DNA from: an uncultured Chloroflexia bacterium
GTDB lineage: Bacteria > Chloroflexota > Limnocylindria > QHBO01
Assembly: GCA_963825525.1 (NCBI GenBank)
Contig: CAWGTN010000002.1
Span: 1,056,001-1,120,000, forward strand
DNA length: 64,000 nucleotides
Direction: 5' to 3'
Below, in pieces: positions 27,882 to 37,283 of the stretch (position 1 is the first letter of the stretch; each line of letters begins with the position of its first letter). The notes below the pieces were generated by a model that had not been told where the DNA came from, searched no databases, and was given only the letters and a program-made list of their open reading frames with translations. A program made the position numbers and the translations under genes.

Positions 27882-28958
27882 TCAGCGCGCTGTCGCCACC
27901 GGTCGGGTCGGTCGCGATCCCAATTGCTCGTCGAGGATACCCGCTTCGCGGGCCAGTCGCAGTTGCTCCAGACGGGTCAGGCGCAGGTCCTGGACCGTCT
28001 TGGCCACGAGCCCCACCCGTCGATAGTGATCGACCAGCTCCTGGATGGATCCAGCCACTCGCCGCCGGATTCTTGCCTCGGGCAGGAGGCGCTCGACGAG
28101 CTCGAAACGCACCCGGTAGCTGCGACGATCGACCCAGGCGCCGGGGTCCGCGCGGACAACCGACTCCGGTACCGCATCGGCGGCGATCTCGGCCAGCTCC
28201 GCGATGGCGTGGTTGTTCTCGGCCGAGCCGACGTTGATCGGCCCCACTGATAGCAGCCGATAGTCGTCGTCCGACCGCCGCAGGATGGCCGCCGTCACAT
28301 CGACGAGATCGTCGATGTGCAGCTGCGGACGAAAGGCGTCGCCGGTACTGATGAGTCGGACGACGCCGGTGGTAAGCGCCCAGGCAGCCATGCCGTTGAC
28401 CAGCAGGTCGAGGCGCAGCGCCGGCGAGTAGCCGAAGACCGTCGCGTTTCGGAGGATCACCGGCTGGAAGCGCTCATCGGCCATGGCGGACAGCGCCTGC
28501 TCCATGCGGACCTTCGAATCGGCATACGGGGTCAGCACCCGGGGCGGCGTCTGCTCGTTCACAAAGCCGTCCGCATGGCCGTACACCGAGCACGAGCTGT
28601 AGAACACGAACCGCCCGATGCCCCGCGCCCGAGCCATCTCGGCCAGGCGCAGCGAGGCATCGACGTTGATCTCCCGCGTCACCGCCGGGTTGACATCGGC
28701 CATCGGGTCATTCGAGACCGCGGCGAGGTGACAGACCGCATCGACCCGGCCCAGCAACGCGTCGACCCAGGCCGGATCATCGCCGATGACCTGGCGCAGA
28801 TCGACCACGTGCTGTTCATCGACCGCGGGCCGCTCCTCCACGAGGTCGTCGGCGAACCACCCGGCGTCGAGACCGATGACGGTGTGCCCCTCCCTCCGCA
28901 GCCGCTGGCCGAGGACGGTGCCGATGTAACCGAGGTTGCCGGTGACGAGAACTCGCAC
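27882..28958 (-). CDS. NAD-dependent epimerase/dehydratase (SDR)
   Basis: VTGNLGYIG, HLAAVSNDP, SSCSVYG, YADSK, RNATVFG, RLDLLVN. Confidence 0.88.
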   Translation of the reverse strand: MRVLVTGNLGYIGTVLGQRLRREGHTVIGLDAGWFADDLVEERPAVDEQHVVDLRQVIGDDPAWVDALLGRVDAVCHLAAVSNDPMADVNPAVTREINVDASLRLAEMARARGIGRFVFYSSCSVYGHADGFVNEQTPPRVLTPYADSKVRMEQALSAMADERFQPVILRNATVFGYSPALRLDLLVNGMAAWALTTGVVRLISTGDAFRPQLHIDDLVDVTAAILRRSDDDYRLLSVGPINVGSAENNHAIAELAEIAADAVPESVVRADPGAWVDRRSYRVRFELVERLLPEARIRRRVAGSIQELVDHYRRVGLVAKTVQDLRLTRLEQLRLAREAGILDEQLGSRPTRPVATAR

Positions 28959-29693
28959 CTACGGTGCCTTCGCCCTTGTGTCACGCACCGCGGCAGACGC
29001 CTCGAACAGCGCGTCGATGGTGCCGGCGTCGGCCCACCTCCCCACGTACTCGTGGTGCACGAGCGATCCCGCCGCGAGGTAGTGGTTGAGCAGGTCGGTG
29101 ATCTCGAATTCACCGCGCGCCGATGGGCGCAGCGAGTCGATGACGTCGAACACGTCCGGGCGGAAGAAGTAGACGCCGATCGGGATGAGGTTGCTGGCCG
29201 GCGCGTCCGGCTTCTCCTCGAAGCTGGCCAGCGTCCCGTCGGGGTTGAACGAGGCGACGCCGAAGCGCTCCGGATCCGGGACCGCGGTGAGGACGGCTCC
29301 GCCCATCGCTTCACCATCGACGAACGATCGGGAGGCATCGCTGATCGGGTCCAGCAGGATGTTGTCGCCAAGGACGATGCAGACCGGGTCGGACCCGGTG
29401 AACTCGCGGCCGAGCGCGATGGCGTGGGCGATGCCGCGAGCTGCCGGCTGATAGCGATACGTGATCCTGAGGCCAAGCTCCGACCCGTCCTGGAGGAGCT
29501 CCACGATCTCGCCCACCGATCGACCGCCCAGAACGACCAGCACGTCGGTGACGCCCATCTCGCGCAGCGTCTGCAGCGGGAAGTGGATCATGGGCCGATC
29601 CCAGACCGGGAGCAGGTGCTTGTTCGTGACGTTGGTCAGCGGGGCGAGGCGCGATCCGCTGCCTCCGGCGAGCACGATTCCCTTGAGCGGCAC
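28959..29693 (-). CDS. rfbA: Glucose-1-phosphate thymidylyltransferase (short RmlA/SpsI type)
   Basis: KGIVLAGGSGSRLAPLT..TNKHLLPV, LGDN, EEKP, PSARGEFEITD, WADAGT. SD AGGAGG upstream of GTG 29693. Confidence 0.88.
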   Translation of the reverse strand: MPLKGIVLAGGSGSRLAPLTNVTNKHLLPVWDRPMIHFPLQTLREMGVTDVLVVLGGRSVGEIVELLQDGSELGLRITYRYQPAARGIAHAIALGREFTGSDPVCIVLGDNILLDPISDASRSFVDGEAMGGAVLTAVPDPERFGVASFNPDGTLASFEEKPDAPASNLIPIGVYFFRPDVFDVIDSLRPSARGEFEITDLLNHYLAAGSLVHHEYVGRWADAGTIDALFEASAAVRDTRAKAP

Positions 29694-29810
29694 GTTCCCT
29701 CCTGGGCGTTGTGGACCGCTCGAGGATAGACGACCGGAACGGACCCCGAGGCGATCGACGGGGCCGTCGCTGGTAGACTTGCCGCTGTTCCCTGCCGAGG
29801 AAGAACAACG

Positions 29811-31253
29811 CTGTCCGACATCATTCTCGCGGTGGGCGTGGGCATGGCCATCGCGCTCGGAATCGTCATGTGGCAGCCGGGGTGGAGACTGCCGGCGCTC
29901 GCGTTCGCACTGCTGGCGATCCCGGGCAACGTGGACAACCTCGGGCCCCAGATGCTGCTCGATCCGAATGCGCTGACGAACAACACGGCGCCCGTGATCT
30001 CGGTCATCGATCTCCTCATCGGCCTGGGCCTGGCGCTCTCCCTGCGGGAGCGAGGCCGGTCTGTTCTCGACGGCGCCGGACGGTGGGTGATCCCCGCGGC
30101 GCTGCTGGTCTTCGCGCTCGCCTCGATGGTCAGCCTCGTCAACCTGGCCCAGGGAGCTCCCCTGCCGTCCACGGTGCGCGCCATCCTTCTCTTCGGCCGA
30201 ATTCCGGCCCTGATCGTCATTGCGGTCGCCACCGCCAACCACCTGGGTGACGGACGCCGTTTGGCGGCCGGCATCGGCCTCGGGCTCATTCCACTGCTGG
30301 GCAACGGGCTGTACACCTCGACCCAGCTCGAGGCCACGCGCTTCACGGCGTCGACGTTCGGTCGCAACGGCTTCTCTCTTGCCCTCGTGCTCGGCGTGTT
30401 CGCCGCTGCGGGCGTGGCCATCGCCCTGCTGGCACGGGGAGGATCCACCCGACGGATGGTCGTGGGCATCGGCGCCACCATCCTCGCCTGCCTGGGGCTG
30501 TTCGCCGCAATCGCCACCGGGACCCGAATGTCGATCCTCGCCGCGGTTCCGGCAGCGGGGCTGGCCCTGCTCCTGAATCGTGGCTGGCATTCGCGGCGCG
30601 GCCTCGCGAGCCTCGCCATGGTCGGCGTCCTCGTGCTCATGACGGGAGCCGCGGCCGTGATGTGGACTCCCGAGGGACAGCGGGCCATCTCGGCGATCAT
30701 CGATCCCGGCGGGACGGTCGACATGGTGACGAACCCCGACGACGAGCCGTGGTATTCGCCGATGCGCACTCGCGCCCGCTGGTGGGCGCAGGCTCGGGCC
30801 ATGGTGGTGGCCGACCCCCTGACCGGCGTGGGCGCCTGGCAATGGAACCACGTGCGGTACGAATCCGATCCAGATGCGATCGTGGCGGTGGCGGACCCCC
30901 ATAACACCTTCCTCCAGCTGGCCGCCGAACTCGGGCTGCCCGTGCTCGTGGCCTACGCGGCGCTGCTCGTCGCGGTGATCGGGTCCGGCCTGGTGGGGGC
31001 GTGGCATCGCGCCTCCCTCGTCGCGACCGCCTGGCCCCTCACCCTGCTCGCCGTGGCCACGCTCATGATCCCGATCACCGAGATGACCAACTCGCACCTG
31101 TTCAACGTGCGGCTCGGCCCGCTGACGTGGCTGTTGCTCGGCGCGTTCCACGTCGCGACGGCACCGGGAGTTGCCCCGGGCTGGGCCGCAATCCGGCGTC
31201 GCTTTGGGCGAGGGTCGAGTGCCCCGGGTGGTCATGCCGCAGACCCTGCCTGA
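29811..31253 (+). CDS. O-antigen ligase (Wzy_C/WaaL) family membrane protein
   Basis: Multiple TM helices, TGTR, DPLTGVG, PHNTFLQLAAELG. Likely start is CTG 29811 (GAGGA 9 nt upstream) or GTG 29832. Confidence 0.87.
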   Translation: MSDIILAVGVGMAIALGIVMWQPGWRLPALAFALLAIPGNVDNLGPQMLLDPNALTNNTAPVISVIDLLIGLGLALSLRERGRSVLDGAGRWVIPAALLVFALASMVSLVNLAQGAPLPSTVRAILLFGRIPALIVIAVATANHLGDGRRLAAGIGLGLIPLLGNGLYTSTQLEATRFTASTFGRNGFSLALVLGVFAAAGVAIALLARGGSTRRMVVGIGATILACLGLFAAIATGTRMSILAAVPAAGLALLLNRGWHSRRGLASLAMVGVLVLMTGAAAVMWTPEGQRAISAIIDPGGTVDMVTNPDDEPWYSPMRTRARWWAQARAMVVADPLTGVGAWQWNHVRYESDPDAIVAVADPHNTFLQLAAELGLPVLVAYAALLVAVIGSGLVGAWHRASLVATAWPLTLLAVATLMIPITEMTNSHLFNVRLGPLTWLLLGAFHVATAPGVAPGWAAIRRRFGRGSSAPGGHAADPA

Positions 31254-32715
31254 GGGAGCGGGCGCCGCGGACGTCGCCCTGCGCTGGGCACAACACTGGG
31301 CGCAGCGCTGGTTTCTCGACGACGACGGCCACGATCGCCTCCGCATCGGCTCCATCGAAGCGGGATGGGCCACCCACGTGGAGGCCTACTACCTGCTCCA
31401 CGCATTCGCACAGCGTCACCTGGGGCAGGACGCTGGACGGGCGAGTCTCGCCTCGCGCCTCAAGGCGTCCGGACACGACCGGCTGATTCGCGCCGTGGGA
31501 CTGCGCGCGATGTCGAGCACCTCGACGGCGCGAGTGGTGCCGGGCCGCATTGCCTGCATCCTCGAGATCCCCACCCCGTCGATGTCCGATGGTGTCATCG
31601 CCGTCGCCCGGGCAGCAGGGCCGGACACCGCTGTGCTCGCTGCCGACCATCGCGCCATGCGCCGGGCGGGTCGTGCCGGCCTGCGCCCAGCGGCCCTCCA
31701 ACTATCGCCAACTGATCAGGCCCGCCTCCTGCGCCGGGCGGCACGAGCCTCGGCCAGGGGCTATGGCGAGGTGGTCCGGCGTCCTCCGGTCATGGACCTC
31801 GATGGCGACGACGTCGCGGAGGCGGCGCTCCGAGCCCTCGCGCCACTCGTCCTGCGCTCGGTCCCCTGGCTCGTGCCAGAGGCTGCGGCGCTCGAGAAGG
31901 CTCTCGACTCCGTGCGTCCGGTGTCCGTCGTCCTAGCCACCGACCAGCACCGTATCGGCAGGCTGGCCGTGAGCATTGCGCGGCGGCGAGGGATCCAGTC
32001 GATCGCGATCCAGCATGGCCTGCCGCAGGCGCGGGTGGGCCTGGTTCCGGTGGTGGCGGACACCGTCGCCGTCTGGTCATCGGAATCACGCGACTGGTTC
32101 CTCAGCCACGATACTGACCCGGGCCGCGTCGCGGTCACCGGGAACCCGCGATGGTCCGGGGCAGCACACGGCCCGAGTCGGGCAACGCCCACGGTCGTGG
32201 TTGCCCTGTCGCCGACTGACGTCGGGGCCAACCGTGCCGCTGTCCGCATGGCGATCTCCGCCGTCGAGCGCGCGCCGGAGTCAATGCGCCTGATCGTCAA
32301 GCTTCATCCCGGCCACCGTGACTGGGGCTGGGTGCGCGAAGAGATCGGCGATCGACGCTCGGTTCGCGCGGTGATGCACGAACCGATCGAACCACTGCTC
32401 GAGGCTGCGCAGGTCGTCATCGTGCTGCGATCGACCGTGGCCATGGATGCATTGGCCGCGGGGACGCCGGTTGTCCTGCTGCGCGTTCCGCATGGGTCGA
32501 GCGCCGCGGACCTGGAGCTCGCCGGATTGGGGCTGCCGGTCGCGTCCGATTCGGAGCAGCTGGGGCGCGAGCTCGCGGCGCTGCGAGGGACAGCGGCGCG
32601 AGACCGCTATTTCGCAGATCGCTCATCGGCGCTCCAGGCATACCTGGGACCGGTCGGGTCCGGGGCGGCCACGATCGCCGCGCTCGCCGCGGATGGCTCC
32701 TCGACACGCCGCTGA
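31234..32715 (+). CDS. Putative GT-B surface-carbohydrate transferase (QHG/HP motifs; candidate nonulosonic acid transferase)
   Basis: IAIQHG, ADTVAVWS, VAVTGNPR, IVKLHP, STVAMDALAAGTPVV. Overlaps the ligase gene. Confidence 0.65.
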   Translation: MPQTLPEGAGAADVALRWAQHWAQRWFLDDDGHDRLRIGSIEAGWATHVEAYYLLHAFAQRHLGQDAGRASLASRLKASGHDRLIRAVGLRAMSSTSTARVVPGRIACILEIPTPSMSDGVIAVARAAGPDTAVLAADHRAMRRAGRAGLRPAALQLSPTDQARLLRRAARASARGYGEVVRRPPVMDLDGDDVAEAALRALAPLVLRSVPWLVPEAAALEKALDSVRPVSVVLATDQHRIGRLAVSIARRRGIQSIAIQHGLPQARVGLVPVVADTVAVWSSESRDWFLSHDTDPGRVAVTGNPRWSGAAHGPSRATPTVVVALSPTDVGANRAAVRMAISAVERAPESMRLIVKLHPGHRDWGWVREEIGDRRSVRAVMHEPIEPLLEAAQVVIVLRSTVAMDALAAGTPVVLLRVPHGSSAADLELAGLGLPVASDSEQLGRELAALRGTAARDRYFADRSSALQAYLGPVGSGAATIAALAADGSSTRR

Positions 32716-32733
32716 TCACGGCGGGCGCGCGCT

Positions 32734-34080
32734 CTACGGCGTGGTCGCGCCGCCGGCCGACGCATTATCGAAGATCCGCGCTCCCAGCTCCAGGATGGCC
32801 TCGAAATCGGGAATGAGGATGTAGCCGGCCGCACTGTTGGTCTCCACGGTCACGTACCCGTCGTCGGGCGTGAGCACCACCTGCTCGAGTGAGCCGAGGT
32901 CGGCGTCCTGGGCCTCGGCGGCGATGGCCGGGATGCGATCCGATGGGATATCGGTGGCGACGTTGTCGCGGATGGCGTCGAGCAGTCCGGGAAGCGTGAC
33001 CAGCAGGTTGCCGGCCGTCAGCTTCTCGGCAATGGCGGTCAGCAGGACCTGCTGGCGGGCCGCGCGGGTGAAGTCGCTGTCCCCGGCCCCGAGGCGTGAT
33101 CGGGCGAACGCCAGGGCGGCCTGCCCGTCGAGATGGTGGCGACCCGGCGAGATATAGAAGCCACGCGTGCCGGTGAGCGTGTCGACGTACCGCGGGTCGT
33201 CGATCGCTCGCTCGACGAAGACCTCGACGCCGCCGATGGTGTCGACCACCTGCCGCATGCCGTCGATGTCGATCGCCGCGAAATAGTGAATTCGGGTGCC
33301 GAGCAGCTCCCCGATCGCCGCCTTGAGCGTGCCCGGCCCGCCGAGCGGGAACGTCTCGAGATCGGCGCCCGCCGATGACATGAGCGAGTTCAGCTTCGCG
33401 TTGTACACCCGCCCGTCACCGAGCGGCACGCCGTACAGATCGCGCGGCACCGAGATCATGGCGCCCTCCCCGGTGTGCGGGTCCAGCGTGGCGACGAGCA
33501 TCGTGTCGGTCAGGTGCTCGTCGCGCCCCTGGGCGAAATCAATGCCCACCAGCAGGACGGTGAGCCGCTCTCCGAGACCCAGATCGGGCTGGAACGAGGG
33601 TGTCGAGATGGCCACATCCTCGCCTCCCCGATCATCGAACAGTGCGCCGCCACCCTCCAGGGCCACCGAGTCGAGGGCATCGATCGCCTTCGACGCGTAG
33701 TAGGCGGGCACGCCGTGCATCGCGACGGTCACGATCACGAGAACCGCGGTGAGCCAGGTCGGCCACGAATGGACGTCGAAGCGCGAGCGCTCGTGATGGG
33801 CCTGGAGGATCGAGACGAGACGCCAGCCGAGGAGCGCCAGGTCGAGCACGATGAGCGCGATAAGAACCCGAACGTCGAGCATGCGACTGATGGCGGCCGT
33901 CCCGCCCTGCGCGACCACGATCAGGATGAGCGCCACCACCAGCACCACGGGCAGGGCGAACAGCGACGCCAGGGCCCACTGGCGGTTGTAGGCCTGGCCG
34001 ACGCCGGGGAAGACGAACGAGAGCAGCGCCGCCGCCGCGGAGCGCGAGCCCGCGGGGTGCGCTGGACGTGATCGGATCAC
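32734..34080 (-). CDS. LCP (LytR-CpsA-Psr) family phosphotransferase with N-terminal TM segments
   Basis: LLVGID, TDTMLV, ISVPRD, KLNS, VDTIGGV, ALAFARSR, DFTRAARQQ. SD GGAG before GTG 34080. Confidence 0.92.
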   Translation of the reverse strand: MIRSRPAHPAGSRSAAAALLSFVFPGVGQAYNRQWALASLFALPVVLVVALILIVVAQGGTAAISRMLDVRVLIALIVLDLALLGWRLVSILQAHHERSRFDVHSWPTWLTAVLVIVTVAMHGVPAYYASKAIDALDSVALEGGGALFDDRGGEDVAISTPSFQPDLGLGERLTVLLVGIDFAQGRDEHLTDTMLVATLDPHTGEGAMISVPRDLYGVPLGDGRVYNAKLNSLMSSAGADLETFPLGGPGTLKAAIGELLGTRIHYFAAIDIDGMRQVVDTIGGVEVFVERAIDDPRYVDTLTGTRGFYISPGRHHLDGQAALAFARSRLGAGDSDFTRAARQQVLLTAIAEKLTAGNLLVTLPGLLDAIRDNVATDIPSDRIPAIAAEAQDADLGSLEQVVLTPDDGYVTVETNSAAGYILIPDFEAILELGARIFDNASAGGATTP

Positions 34081-34171
34081 TGAACTCCGGGTGACAGAGG
34101 GCGGCGAGGGCGAGTATACCCAGACGCCGCCGCACGACCAGATGTTGCGACCGATCCGGCATACTGCGGCC

Positions 34172-34705
34172 ATGACAGCCGCGTCGCCTCGCGGTCCGGT
34201 GGAGGTCACCGTCGAGATCCCGTCCGGCAGCCGCAACAAGTACGAGTACGACCACGTACGCCACCGTTTCGTGCTGGATCGCACGCTCTACTCGAGCGTC
34301 CACTACCCGTGCGACTACGGATTCATCGAGGGCAGCATGGCCGATGACGGAGACCCGCTCGACGTGCTCGTCGTCCTTGCCGAGCCGACGTTCCCCGGCT
34401 GCGTTGTCCGTGTCCGGCCCATCGGCGTGCTCGACATGGCCGATGAGAAGGGCCACGACTTCAAGATCCTGGCGGTGGCGTCGGACGATCCGCGCTGGGA
34501 TGCCATGCACAAGCTCGAGGACCTCTCGCCGCATCGGCTGCTCGAGATCGAGAACTTCTTCAAGACCTACAAGACGCTCGAGAAGCGGCCGACGGACGTG
34601 CGCGGCTGGCTCGGCGTCGATGACGCGTGGCGAATCATCGACGCGGCGATGGCCACCGGGGCGAGTGGCGACCCCTCGGCATCGGCTCCGGGAACCTGGC
34701 GCTAG
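34172..34705 (+). CDS. ppa: Inorganic pyrophosphatase (family I)
   Basis: EIPSGSRNKYEYD, LDR, YPCDYGFI, DGDPLDV, FFKTYK. Confidence 0.95.
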   Translation: MTAASPRGPVEVTVEIPSGSRNKYEYDHVRHRFVLDRTLYSSVHYPCDYGFIEGSMADDGDPLDVLVVLAEPTFPGCVVRVRPIGVLDMADEKGHDFKILAVASDDPRWDAMHKLEDLSPHRLLEIENFFKTYKTLEKRPTDVRGWLGVDDAWRIIDAAMATGASGDPSASAPGTWR

Positions 34706-34708
34706 CGG

Positions 34709-36025
34709 TCAGCTCCAGCCGGCTCCGAGCCGGAGCACCTGGCCGGGTCTTACCTTCCGATCGCGCGACGCGTCGCGCGTGTCGACGATGAGATCGGCCC
34801 GGGCGAAGACCGCGTCCCAGTCGATGTCGCGATGCGCGGTCACGATGACGACGCAATCCGGCTCGGCCCCCAGCCCGTCCTCAAGCGAGACGCTCTCCAG
34901 TGGCGTACCGCCCACGCCGGGGACCTCGTGGCTGGCGCCGGGATCGAAGGCAGGGAGACGCGGGTCGTGGTAGCTGACCTCGGCGCCCGCGGCCTGGAGG
35001 CCGGCGATGATCGGCGCGGCCGGAGAATTCCGGTCGTCCGACACATCGGGCTTGAAGGCCACCCCGAGCACGAGGATCCTGGCGCCGCGCAGCGCCCTGC
35101 CGCGTGAGTTGAGGGCGGTCATGACCAGCGTGATGACGTGCTCGGGCATGCGCGAGTTGATGTCGCCGGCGGTCTCGATGAAGCGCTCGTGGAATCCGAC
35201 CTCGCGAGCGCGGGAGGCGAGGTAGTACGGATCGACCGGGATGCAGTGGCCGCCGACGCCCGGTCCGGGGAAGAACGGCATGAAGCCGAACGGCTTGGTG
35301 GAGGCGCCCCGGATGACCTCCCACACGTCGAGGCCGAGCCGCTCACAGATCAGCGCCAGCTCGTTGACGAGCGCAATGTTCACGTTGCGGAAGACGTTCT
35401 CGAACAGCTTCGCCAGCTCCGCGGCATCCGGGCTCGTCATCTCGGTCACCGACGGCGAGATGGGGCGCAGGATGGCGGCCGCTCGAGCCGTGGTCGCCTC
35501 GTCGATGCCGCCGACCAGGCGAGGGATGCTCGACGACGGCCGTCCCTCACCCGGACTGACACGTTCCGGAGAGAAGGCAAGGCCGAAGTCCGCGCCGGCG
35601 CGCAGGCCATCCTCCTCGAGCAGGGACCGCAGCGGGCCCATGGTGGTGCCGGGATACGTGGTGCTCTGGAGAACGACGAGGTCGCCCTGGCGCAGCCCGC
35701 GCCGGACATAGGCGCCGGCCGCCCTGATCGGGCCGAGATCGGGCTCGCGGCTGGCGGTGACCGGCGTCGGAACGCAGATGAAGGCGACACTGGCATCGGT
35801 CCAGTCCGTCTCGGGGGTGACCGGCGTGAAGCTCCCGTTGTCGATGGCCGCGGCGATCCGCGCGCCGTCGACATCATCGATGTAGCTCACGCCGCCACGC
35901 AGCTGATCGAGACGCTCCGCGGAAGCATCCACGCCCATGACCCGGTGCCCGGCGTCAGCCAGGTCAAGCGCCAGTGGCAGGCCGACGTAGCCAAGGCCCA
36001 CCACGGCCACCGCCTCATCCGCCAT
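34709..36025 (-). CDS. Nucleotide sugar dehydrogenase (WbpA/WecC-like)
   Basis: VVGLGYVGLPLA, ICVPTP, STTYPGTT, SPERVSPG, KLFEN, GPGVGGHCIPVDP. SD AGGAGG before ATG 36025. Confidence 0.92.
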   Translation of the reverse strand: MADEAVAVVGLGYVGLPLALDLADAGHRVMGVDASAERLDQLRGGVSYIDDVDGARIAAAIDNGSFTPVTPETDWTDASVAFICVPTPVTASREPDLGPIRAAGAYVRRGLRQGDLVVLQSTTYPGTTMGPLRSLLEEDGLRAGADFGLAFSPERVSPGEGRPSSSIPRLVGGIDEATTARAAAILRPISPSVTEMTSPDAAELAKLFENVFRNVNIALVNELALICERLGLDVWEVIRGASTKPFGFMPFFPGPGVGGHCIPVDPYYLASRAREVGFHERFIETAGDINSRMPEHVITLVMTALNSRGRALRGARILVLGVAFKPDVSDDRNSPAAPIIAGLQAAGAEVSYHDPRLPAFDPGASHEVPGVGGTPLESVSLEDGLGAEPDCVVIVTAHRDIDWDAVFARADLIVDTRDASRDRKVRPGQVLRLGAGWS

Positions 36026-36036
36026 GCCGACCTCCT

Positions 36037-37218
36037 TCATGCTGGATCTCCGATTCTCCGATATCGACGCAGCAGCTCGTCGGCCGAAGTCTGCCAGTTG
36101 AAGCGCTCGGTGACGGCCTGGCGGCCCCGGTCCCCCATGGCGCGCGCCGTCGCCGGATCGTCGAGGATGTTCCGCAGGGCGGCCGCCACCGCCGCGGGGT
36201 CCTCTGGATTGACCACGACTCCGGCGCCGCTCCCCTCGACCACGTCGCGAACGTCGGGAAAGTCGCTCGACACCTGAGGAATGCCTGCCGCCATGTACTG
36301 GAACAGCTTGTTGGGAAGCGCCAGGCGATAGCTCAGTGAGGCGGGCTGAACGATGGACACCCCGACCGTCGCCGAGGCGGCGAACGGAACCACCTCGCCG
36401 GACGGGACGGACGGGACGAGATGCGCGCGATCGGTCAGGGATCGGCGCGCGATCTCGGCCGCGATCTCCTCGGTCGAACCGCCGCCGGCGCCGAGGCAGA
36501 CCAGGTGTGCCTGCGGCAGCTGCTCCATGGCCGCGACGAGCTGCTCCAGGCCGCGGTGCGGCATGATGCCGCCGATGTAGAGCACGATCGGCGCGTCCGG
36601 AGGGACGGTCGAAGCTGCGGGCAGCTCGCGAAGGTCGCGCCGGACGACCGGTGCGGACTCGGTCGGATAGTTCGGGACGATGGCGACGTCGCTCACCCCG
36701 TACCGGCGCTCGAGCTCCGGCCCGACGCCGGGATTGGCGACCATCACGAACGCCGCCCGGGGCACGTAGCGCGCCTCGACCCGGCCGTACCACTGCCGGT
36801 TCAGGAAGTCATAGGCCGGCGACCGGCCGCGTGCCGTGCGCCCGAGCCACAGCTCGTGCGAGTCGTAGACGAACGGGATGCGCATCGCGCTCGCCAGCGG
36901 GCCGATGACGGCCAGTGCATCGGCGTCGTGCGCGTGAAGGATGTCGGGGCGGGTGCGGCGCACTGCCGCCGAGAGACGGCCGTGATGCATGGCGAAGCGC
37001 AGGCCCGGAACGCGCGGGCCGCGGCGCGAGATGCGGTGGACCGACGCTCCGTCGCGCTGCTCCGAGGACGGCAGGTCCGCCCGACCATCGGCGATGATGG
37101 TGACCGCGTAGCCGGCATCCATCAGGGTCCGCGCCTCACGTTCGACGCGCGTGTCGTTGGTGAACGGGTTTCTGACGAGCATCGTGACCCGGGGGCGGGA
37201 TGCGGTGCGCGAGGACAT
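36037..37218 (-). CDS. GT4 glycosyltransferase
   Basis: DTRVEREA, HAHD, YDSHE, LYIGG..PHRGLE, LPNKLFQYMAAG. Confidence 0.9.
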   Translation of the reverse strand: MSSRTASRPRVTMLVRNPFTNDTRVEREARTLMDAGYAVTIIADGRADLPSSEQRDGASVHRISRRGPRVPGLRFAMHHGRLSAAVRRTRPDILHAHDADALAVIGPLASAMRIPFVYDSHELWLGRTARGRSPAYDFLNRQWYGRVEARYVPRAAFVMVANPGVGPELERRYGVSDVAIVPNYPTESAPVVRRDLRELPAASTVPPDAPIVLYIGGIMPHRGLEQLVAAMEQLPQAHLVCLGAGGGSTEEIAAEIARRSLTDRAHLVPSVPSGEVVPFAASATVGVSIVQPASLSYRLALPNKLFQYMAAGIPQVSSDFPDVRDVVEGSGAGVVVNPEDPAAVAAALRNILDDPATARAMGDRGRQAVTERFNWQTSADELLRRYRRIGDPA

Positions 37219-37283
37219 CGGCCTAGCCTAGCCGAGCCGTGGAATCGCGAGCGGCGGCATACTGGCGCCATGAGGAGCCACGC

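Noticed and set aside
28959-31373. 804-aa version of the thymidylyltransferase as a fusion protein
   Set aside because: The extension is antisense to the ligase gene. The true start is GTG 29693 with an AGGAGG SD.
34709-36793. 694-aa version of the nucleotide sugar dehydrogenase
   Set aside because: The extension is an off-frame overlap with the GT4 gene. The SD-supported start is 36025.
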